22,965 nucleotides of DNA from a virus (Duplodnaviria; Heunggongvirae; Uroviricota; Caudoviricetes): the IMG/VR virus record IMGVR_UViG_3300024341_000001. One strand, 5' to 3'. Under the pieces are notes generated by a model. That model did not search any database. It saw only the letters and a list, made by a program, of their open reading frames with translations, and had not been told where the DNA came from. A program made the translations under genes and the position numbers. Below, piece by piece: positions 21,001 to 22,965 of the stretch (its first letter is position 1; every line of letters begins with the position of its first letter).

Positions 21001-22965
21001 GTTCATCAGGTCCGTTTATTTGTATTGGAAATGTTTATCGTGAATCAAGTATGCGTGATGAATTTGGATTTACTTTAGCTGCCGACTATAATACAGCCCC
21101 AGTATTTGAAATGACAACTCGTCAGTATCAGATTGCCGGTTGGAATTTTACAGATTCTGCTTTATATAAAACATCAGGTGATAATTACTCTACATTATAT
21201 TCTATTGCTAACTCAGTAGCTTCATCGTTGTTTATGAGGAATACAAGTTCTAAGATAGGTGTTAATGTAGGGCTTCTGTATTATAGCAGTGATTGGCAGA
21301 ATGAATTTGGATTCTCATTATCTCCAGATTATACCAGCACTCCCTATGTTCAATTCTCTAAAAATTTATCTACAGGAGTACTCACGGCACGAATAGCGAG
21401 TTGGGTTATTGGTTCTGATGCTCTAACATACAATGACTCAAATAATGTATACTTGAATCTACTAGCCAATTCAACCAATCCTTCTATGTATGTAGGCAAG
21501 TATATAAATTCACAATGGATGTGGGCTTTTGTGGGCAGAAACTATTGGGGTTCTACACCTGATTGGAAAAATGGATATGGTTTCTGTGCATCTTGGGAGT
21601 CTGAGGCGTATCCAGTTTTTGCCGCAGCTAAAACCACCGGAAATGTAACAATGCCGTGGGGAACTATAGGAGCTAATAATACCTATTTTTATGTTGGTAA
21701 AGGTGATGGTTCTGTTTATATAGGTTATGATACTTCTAATAATGTGATGCGGTTAGTAGGCAGTTTTACTTCAACTGCAACAATTACTGGTGGAACAATT
21801 TCTGGTGGAACAATTTCTGGTGGAACTCTTAATGTTGGAGGTTTGTATGCATCTTCCACTGGACAAGGAGGAGACGTTTCAGTAACAGCAGAGAATGTTA
21901 CTTTTTTATTAAATGGTAGTAATACATGTCTAATGGTACTTTATGGTGGTGGTGATATAATATCTTATTCTGGAACAAGTCAAAATGCTAACTATTGTCT
22001 ATACTACATAGGAATTTATGCTGGCCCTTCTTTTAATAAAAAGGGAATAGGATTTGGTGAAGGTACTGGTGATCCTATCGACGTTTGGCTATATAGAGAT
22101 AGTGCAGCGGTATTAAAGACGGCAGCAGCATTTCAATGTGGAACAGTAAATGGACAAACTATTTCAAGTTCTGCCAGTTTTACTGGCACTTTAGCAGTAG
22201 CAAGCACTATTAACGGACAGACTATTTCAAGTTCTGCGAACTTTACAGGAACTATAACTTTACCCAATACTAATGTACTTACTGGAAACACAAATTCATT
22301 ATCCATTAGTAAAGGATTACATGTAGGAGGTACATCAGATGTAGCTGATAACAACTTACTTGTAGATGGGAATATCTATGTAGGTGCTTCTGATGTTTAC
22401 TTTGAAAAATATACAGCCACTTATAATGGCCTAAAGATTTACACATATAATGGTCTGGCTATGACTATTGATCCATCAGCAAATGTTACTATTGCCAACT
22501 CCCTAACTGCCGGTGCAGCTACCCTTGCTGGCACACTCAACATTACTTATAACGGAAACAGTAGTTTAATTATTTCTCGTTCGGGCGGTTCTACACTCAA
22601 TATCTATAGCGGTGGTTCTTCTTCGCATCAATGGGACATTTACACAAGTGGTACAGGATTACGATTCAGTGATAACACAGGTGGAGGTAATGTAAGAATA
22701 GATGGTGGAGTAGATATTTATGGAGCAATAACGAGTAGTAGCACATTCACACTTCCAAATACCAACGTATTCACAGGTAACGCCAACTCCGTGTCCATCT
22801 CTAAAGGTTTACACGTTGGAGGTGCAAGTGATGTTGCAGACAACAACTTACTTGTAGATGGGAATATCTATGTAGGTGCTTCTGATGTTTACTTTGAAAA
22901 ATATACAGCCACTTATAATGGCCTAAAGATTTACACATATAATGGTCTGGCTATGACTATTGATC
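8838..22965 (+). CDS. Giant tail-fibre / adhesin-like protein, 3'-incomplete. At least 4709 codons (14.1 kb) lie inside the window and the ORF continues past the window end.
   Basis: ATG 8838 is preceded by AAGAGG (8827-8832) with a 5-nt spacer. I translated frame 0 by hand over most of 8838-11100, 12000-13450, 14200-17100 and 18480-22965 and found no stop. The track shows no frame-0 + ORF in this interval, which is consistent with one ORF lacking a stop in the window. No minus-strand ORF exceeds 101 aa anywhere in 9.4-23 kb. The product is beta-rich (T/S/G/N/Y), repeat-built, and contains lectin-like domains and phage-fibre motifs (see findings). Confidence 0.85.
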   Translation, partial: MATSYKIENHRITIEGKKFHTNGNPVIGVYIQLLRADTQEIIGYTTTDEDGYWSITKDESEIPSGRYHIKFIGSGMIQAMTPNGDWEWIDIMGDDMLDPIQPADIQGLLRETITIIDDSTVLVEYAVAINATRVSISNVGTATVSGLEITLIQQHKNPIITTPDFDTAYNLTDWNATPADPCNLAVGETIIYDLTTSLISAAYKVKIIGAHVGNSNLKIKITSRLAADEIDAGRIRVEKGISISDGGASGFIIDTASIRGIDELGQTVVALYNDGQTVGTLTDIYAKIGGWAITETSLVREVSGSKIEVVGTNTPYIGVGNGVTEYARMGYLSSDVNGIWATVGGFGGTSYDNAKVFINSSGLYINDDYSAPITYITGDTDWRSIDTTVVENATFASSAEGWDVTNGFSWITNYIKATAGSGKSTYKSLGAGVANKTYTLRIEHNCANAPSDITIRIAHSGSYTDYTVTVPPYTNSTWQKTFTTTTNGIITVTISGTVVYEYYLSTVRLEYSSSFSELSAAGLFLVNNANSYIKFGKGIAEIKGSGFEVEDLTIYGNFNQYGTWHQYGSVVISAPIQVLNYNAALPSYGGIEVDNTSGDNQLLTYSSGDSAWIVAKRTGTGAGGQTGITKNGVILHGGASFNYETDATYDIGSINTGRPRDVHIGRDIYIAGNIYLTGDIDEVDISVLKVADKQISMAVSTNPTDALADGGGIILKGTTDKTILWDLSNTNWTSTEHWNLASGKTYKINNVSVVEGANPVLSSSSPTFVALTLGTSVKLPTLFTTTKHYTGFPNRADTALSFNNTNRRMTITGTNFKVYLNGSEYTLNTSYVTITDSTNFYWIYYSLVDNVPTLTASSSYPGFDQCLVAGVYWNSTTGVGILSDERHWMGRDQWTHEYLHETVGTRYASGLAGTFGNSSITIAAGEIYDEDIEHEITQQTSCMVLYHDGSSAYKSIAGSAVPYYEVSSNIQYNNSTTLTAVPANNYVAYWVFASNNTSYPIMVLMGQRVDANIANARANNVPENLIYDTLPVAEMKLLYRIIYRNTGSPPTYIEAADYRAVTPLPTSNYIATDHHALSNLTTGDDHTQYLYLAGRGGQTISDALTLSSTLTLPNSNTLTGSSGLVEFSAGASLTGNLYVKGGNLYTDTGVNLNIAPGGDIILDPTGNDILPASNYDLNLGSLSKKYLTLHAAELIVETLVAQDTLATIGGRVLVGPTTVLTSDLAASESATTIYTKHNNLVVGDIVYLEANAVIEFMKIESGPSGVGPYTYVVDRNIEEHAAHAWYAGDAIFNTGVTGDGFIDLYSLRSVKSAAQYGPTIVGNVRDNDVTYNAWTEHWAIGNLNGIYGYSSNVYGFAAGKYANSYSFVTVDSTNGVRLLYRSGGNDYTRISLATNGSGYLASSNIAWTSAGVITVGGWTINANTIENISSGTGVIMSVADSHPYVMAEYSSSEKARLGYLTTNTYGLWGTVGGFGGTSYATAKVLIDSYGLYINDINSIPITYMTGNTSWRSITSSGLDTTDFESSANGWSTSTGFARSTSKAHTGTYSFLGTGASERDWMCWTSKNLGAAVPGHSTSITLWYWPMEGTVGVYANYDDTEHELLNYDSGQGGLYDWSEFVATFTPQTDSDITITISGNNQVGLYIDDIEIKSTTPFSELNAKGLYVVNSESQYLKFGSGVAELKGFTAEIDSLTVYNSFISYGTWTNYGTVIIANPFQVVNNDAAIPNYAGFEIDSGTGGTNRLIYWDTTNTKWALGTRAHVAKGSQTAPTLGANFSIGTGSFTVGAIMSSGKLTVTTSTSPGIEIVKDNSVDNRYLRFTASNTDGKQVDIINSGTSTSSLIGFYNHSNSYWLSYWDITTGNFSNLGTIQGSVLITQNASNPYVYFNKTGSTARSAYIEITGDTFRLYYEGAAALSFDTSRNATFASTINSGAITSSGNITIDKVPINISYPTPGLTSQCGLHFEPTNDVSYYDYSQGITWGIPNPSYADKTHAGIYVQSSGTYGSKMYFATSNNWAVGAIAHMQINHYGEVSISKQGVFANAGYSSLSIFDTTEGSSANRLVDITNGVDMNFNIYITNAGKTFKYAELASYSTLPLILNATSGGSIILGGNLATDYNSKLQIYQNWFDTSSNPEGWGGGIKLVGDAPTLAFCETDQSNVGWMWHVSGDKMNLYRRAVGGSWQRPFYVHESMRAYFTSIVSTDDWFYVTTNKTGLYNEVQTTHWYCDGLNFWNISSGGSPTSGGIRMRTNHDSTIKGYLYWDSSGIGLLNDQSGWSVRCNQGSGYGGYLFGSWITIGDLRTSGVLLHQSNIRVLNKAESDWVTWATRNTSGSETVIDLSNIGSIEFVSGTPSLSKRFSGSQVFSYTEDSQIRKVLQFTNPDTGYKSGVLFGTVTLVFSGMETGNANPVFLVRRYTVRVRDWYAGGEYNMTAYIASDYEEGVSNSITLDVDTASSSTLVMKVKVYQNNGLFDSGSKLTVSYDFTSTAVHLGNFITPSFADGTTTTGNPSSQGAVVLASSIGSVVVGGNDPTINGYYTSRFTIVAGSQSTGLGVAYNSSTPAFALNPLSNSAWTLYDWYGSSWHAGITQRNGYIGVETATPFTSITLPSATDGKYVAWDYKSGASDSRRWWLGNDQYAYGDFAIRTESSQGLSAPDLVRLLIDKNGFVGIPVIGNGRLSVRGTGTSSSTYSFEASNSSGSTRFLVRDDVWSAFYGSDDALTLTLGADHVATFANAVISNGMYNSTTYTESWEAGSDPVWLKLFTFGGEYGYATVKGYISSTDNEQPFEIKVMTTYYTPDSYSPMLEIEHHSYNPRLLAVRLEGVNGGAKSVYVKLNPVTYGVNINWRLLNCFTVNPTINNSKTTPVGEYYVEHTSYGYSAHISNSSWMFKENIYLQPITNKYFVLNRPANTNYLGLSYRTNGAGEWFVGQRELSNSNLYIYNESGTNTVIFDKTTNAVTFANNITLTNGYITTNYDYYGLIVNITAAGSQTPFRIKRSDSVVWDVNLIETTNDLGFYSYGVGYALRLNKSTLGVGIGSTPLYITDSYFGYSGAYRVLQLGTCEATRAVAIGVNLTSYTSGQFQGNEIVIPNNICVIAPQSNTSAAFIGVLKRTDSYLYLGGDNYALANSITIDNSGNVVVPSNLTLSNGNVTIATGKGYMLGVGTNTYISRETSGGARFAVTVAGVEALRILESDDSATFAGNVIMANAKAIYSTTYSVSDPYTGYYLTQVGSVFGKLTVNEMHAKSFITDIEQALVGGQIICKSAAKLYQDFVCGTDTYLYVEEITGYTGQVFADGDYVRIKNISMGAFHLDITEAWLTVTYYDRDTTNKYQRYTYTKQSGTSTTYTKGTIALDYGVSGNGILERCALNEVGNRPYDRIATWTTAPQTDLITRSQIGDLSGVNTLTYGALASSTFGVYTRDLYAEGNANIVGTLAVGGGSTIGNTFYVGKIHTNLLTGVSDDCFYGRSGGGVGTDITGNVTAPDGSTVLYHKSDDATDLWYYLNLTGALSSGTYTTSVWVWTDTNGTVNSDIWGVFGTIYADTWTRLSVVRTSFTGYQSGMDWVLRHSGGATKKLAFWGLQVESGSITTVYQKTDGSNTGSGYGMWAIAGGFGGSIQNPTISLSSAGMRVLDAGTSTAIAAAGTYIGRYTVDGYQAVVINSSGISGYTGSGTTKNFYLPTSGTATISGFSFDANRMTLGSILQIGNYLSAGIGEANNSAGFGFWDNGSRPIFWLRGSSGVLMEMGVIGTITYLGFHDGSRWNLRLGSLKAFDSGSDVVGFELLNSSGTSIMRVDSGGTAHIANWGINQYAFYKNAGDSRTQSVALYQDAGGAALTIVNGAAYSTTSVARITVGRILTTAWGWSTKFGINAYDASGNELFFLTADATNTSHIAGWSFDPTVFAKDSLSDAVDEKYWQGTGVRLASKAGRFEDYAARDYTAGLTIGNHNGGSDTFKLFVGRVADVDPGGTWSGVSKWTATGNNVRYGIQFVQWNLGNLFEISCDKNDNSSSFRAHIAGWRFNNKALWHDHGQDYVYILSDATQFSGAYTKPSIIMRGGSSGPFICIGNVYRESSMRDEFGFTLAADYNTAPVFEMTTRQYQIAGWNFTDSALYKTSGDNYSTLYSIANSVASSLFMRNTSSKIGVNVGLLYYSSDWQNEFGFSLSPDYTSTPYVQFSKNLSTGVLTARIASWVIGSDALTYNDSNNVYLNLLANSTNPSMYVGKYINSQWMWAFVGRNYWGSTPDWKNGYGFCASWESEAYPVFAAAKTTGNVTMPWGTIGANNTYFYVGKGDGSVYIGYDTSNNVMRLVGSFTSTATITGGTISGGTISGGTLNVGGLYASSTGQGGDVSVTAENVTFLLNGSNTCLMVLYGGGDIISYSGTSQNANYCLYYIGIYAGPSFNKKGIGFGEGTGDPIDVWLYRDSAAVLKTAAAFQCGTVNGQTISSSASFTGTLAVASTINGQTISSSANFTGTITLPNTNVLTGNTNSLSISKGLHVGGTSDVADNNLLVDGNIYVGASDVYFEKYTATYNGLKIYTYNGLAMTIDPSANVTIANSLTAGAATLAGTLNITYNGNSSLIISRSGGSTLNIYSGGSSSHQWDIYTSGTGLRFSDNTGGGNVRIDGGVDIYGAITSSSTFTLPNTNVFTGNANSVSISKGLHVGGASDVADNNLLVDGNIYVGASDVYFEKYTATYNGLKIYTYNGLAMTID
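9600..10720 (+). repeat. Segmental duplication, copy A. It is a ~370-aa protein module homologous to 13000-14140.
   Basis: A: '...MGYLSSDVNGIWATVGGFGGTSYDNAKVFINSSGLYINDDYSAPITYITGDTDWRSI...' aligns with B: '...LGYLTTNTYGLWGTVGGFGGTSYATAKVLIDSYGLYINDINSIPITYMTGNTSWRSI...'. A: 'FSELSAAGLFLVNNANSYIKFGKGIAEIKGSGFEVEDLTIYGNFNQYGTW' aligns with B: 'FSELNAKGLYVVNSESQYLKFGSGVAELKGFTAEIDSLTVYNSFISYGTW'. Roughly 50-60% aa identity, DNA clearly diverged. Confidence 0.7.
10005..10372 (+). other. CBM4/9-like beta-sandwich domain, copy A in the giant ORF
   Basis: 'VENATFASSAEGWDVTNGFSWITNYIKATAGSGKSTYKSLGAG...TVVYEYYLSTVRLEY'. Confidence 0.4.
13000..14140 (+). repeat. Segmental duplication, copy B (see 9600-10720)
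   Basis: As above. The offset is about 3.38 kb (about 1127 aa). Confidence 0.7.
13396..13790 (+). other. CBM4/9-like beta-sandwich domain, copy B in the giant ORF
   Basis: 'TDFESSANGWSTSTGFARSTSKAHTGTYSFLGTGAS...NNQVGLYIDDIEIKS' has the classic CBM_4_9 layout (F-E-s...GW....G........a.tG.ys........v.hyhDDh.h). Confidence 0.45.
19230..19600 (+). other. Third lectin / CBM-like (or Laminin-G/ConA-like) beta-sandwich domain in the giant ORF
   Basis: 'GTYTTSVWVWTDTNGTVNSDIWGVFGTIYADTWTRLSVVRTSFTG...KKLAFWGLQVESGS'. Confidence 0.3.
20500..21440 (+). repeat. Degenerate in-frame tandem repeats, about 4 units of 86-123 aa, anchored by an 'EFGF(T/S)L..DY...P...IAGW.F..ALY' motif
   Basis: The anchors are 'HIAGWSFDPTVFAKDS' (~20504), 'HIAGWRFNNKALWHD' (~20873), 'QIAGWNFTDSALYKTS' (~21131) and 'RIASWVIGSDALTYNDS' (~21393). 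'RDEFGFTLAADYNTAPVFEM' (~21055) pairs with 'QNEFGFSLSPDYTSTPYVQF' (~21298), and this pair is also recognisably similar at DNA level. Confidence 0.6.
21789..21827 (+). repeat. 15-bp perfect tandem repeat, 2.6 copies, (ggtggaacaatttct)n, encoding (GGTIS)n
   Basis: Read directly: ggtggaacaatttct ggtggaacaatttct ggtggaact. The translation is TGGTISGGTISGGTL. Confidence 0.85.
22149..22274 (+). repeat. 63-bp (21-aa) in-frame tandem repeat, 2 copies ('NGQTISSSA(S/N)FTGT...')
   Basis: aatggacaaactatttcaagttctgccagttttactggcact at 22149 pairs with aacggacagactatttcaagttctgcgaactttacaggaact at 22212. It is also mirrored in the spurious antisense ORF 22133-22354, which shows the repeat 'AKVPVKLAELEIVCP' twice. 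Confidence 0.8.
22308..22965 (+). repeat. 492-bp (164-aa) in-frame tandem repeat, 1.34 copies visible. The last 123 bp of each copy (22351-22473 and 22843-22965) are 100% identical, while the flanking parts of the unit are diverged. The repeat runs off the window end.
   Basis: The sequence 'acaacttacttgtagatgggaatatctatgtaggtgcttctgatgtttactttgaaaaatatacagccacttataatggcctaaagatttacacatataatggtctggctatgactattgatc' occurs at 22351 and again at 22843, reaching the last base of the window. The upstream 90 bp of the two copies differ at many synonymous third positions (e.g. tta/ctt, ccc/cca, act/acc, gga/ggt, tta/gtg). Confidence 0.9.

Noticed and set aside
13405-21078. Small + strand ORFs 13405-13608, 19726-19923 and 20719-21078
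   Set aside because: They are in frame 1, nested inside the frame-0 giant ORF. Their translations are Leu/Gln-rich nonsense (e.g. 'MMLEHQQLLQQQEHT'). They are off-frame artefacts.
72-22354. All minus-strand ORFs in the track (72-488, 266-469, 489-692, 846-1226, 4208-4393, 5482-5715, 6503-6772, 8470-8655, 8937-9155, 9068-9367, 10763-11068, 11644-11829, 14021-14266, 16762-16995, 18200-18439, 22133-22354)
   Set aside because: Each lies entirely antisense to a long, well-supported + strand ORF. They are short (101 aa at most; 138 aa at most at 72-488, which is inside the open upstream ORF) and low-complexity, with no ribosome-binding sites. 22133-22354 simply mirrors the 63-bp coding repeat. They are treated as antisense artefacts.
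22261-22965. Diversity-generating retroelement (template/variable repeat pair) explaining the near-identical 492-bp repeat copies
   Set aside because: Differences between the copies are mostly synonymous third-position changes of all base types (tta/ctt, ccc/cca, gga/ggt, tta/gtg), not adenine-specific substitutions. Both copies are in frame inside the same ORF, and no reverse-transcriptase ORF is present in the window. Ordinary tandem duplication with gene conversion fits better.
21789-22965. CRISPR array (regularly spaced repeats near the 3' end)
   Set aside because: The repeats are in frame within a protein-coding ORF and have unequal unit sizes (15, 63, 492 bp). They lack the short, uniform, non-repetitive spacers of a CRISPR array, and there is no leader or cas gene nearby.
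1-22965. tRNA/rRNA/ncRNA genes, insertion sequences, integrase/att sites, terminators
   Set aside because: The entire window is occupied by + strand protein-coding sequence with gaps of 10 bp or less. I saw no GC-rich stem-loop followed by a T-run, no cloverleaf-like segment, no transposase-like ORF and no terminal inverted repeats. None can be supported from the sequence.

Overview
The window is AT-rich (roughly mid-30s % G+C by eye, not computed) and coding from end to end. All genes lie on the + strand with intergenic gaps of 10 bp or less, which reads as one long structural operon. The first ~6 kb (1-5956) looks like a baseplate module of a contractile-tail phage, tailocin or related particle. 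It holds a 5'-truncated alpha-helical ORF that enters from upstream, a gp25/GPW-like wedge protein, a Baseplate_J (gp6/gpJ)-like protein, and two further baseplate-associated proteins of 547 and 342 aa. Downstream sit a 956-aa fibre/adaptor-like protein with poly-Gly hinges and a C-terminal carbohydrate-binding-like beta-sandwich. Then comes one enormous ORF that starts at 8838 behind a clean AAGAGG ribosome-binding site and is still open at the window end (at least 4709 codons, 14.1 kb). The ORF track omits it because it has no stop in the window; I translated long stretches by hand and found frame 0 uninterrupted.

The giant ORF reads as a tail-fibre or adhesin mega-protein. It has an N-terminal transthyretin/CarbopepD_reg-like domain, an ancient ~1,100-aa internal segmental duplication, at least three CBM4/9-like lectin domains, and a phage-fibre 'DHHALSNLTTGDDHTQY' signature. 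It also carries several different families of degenerate tandem repeats. One is a 492-bp repeat whose last 123 bp are 100% identical between copies, where the rest of the unit is visibly more diverged (about 70% identity, judged by eye on the stretch I aligned), and the identical block runs straight off the window edge. That pattern suggests recent gene conversion and/or assembly collapse.

I found no RNA genes, CRISPR arrays, insertion sequences or minus-strand genes I could support. The minus-strand ORFs in the track are antisense artefacts. The most interesting object is the two-gene fibre cassette, especially the repeat-built giant lectin-domain fibre.
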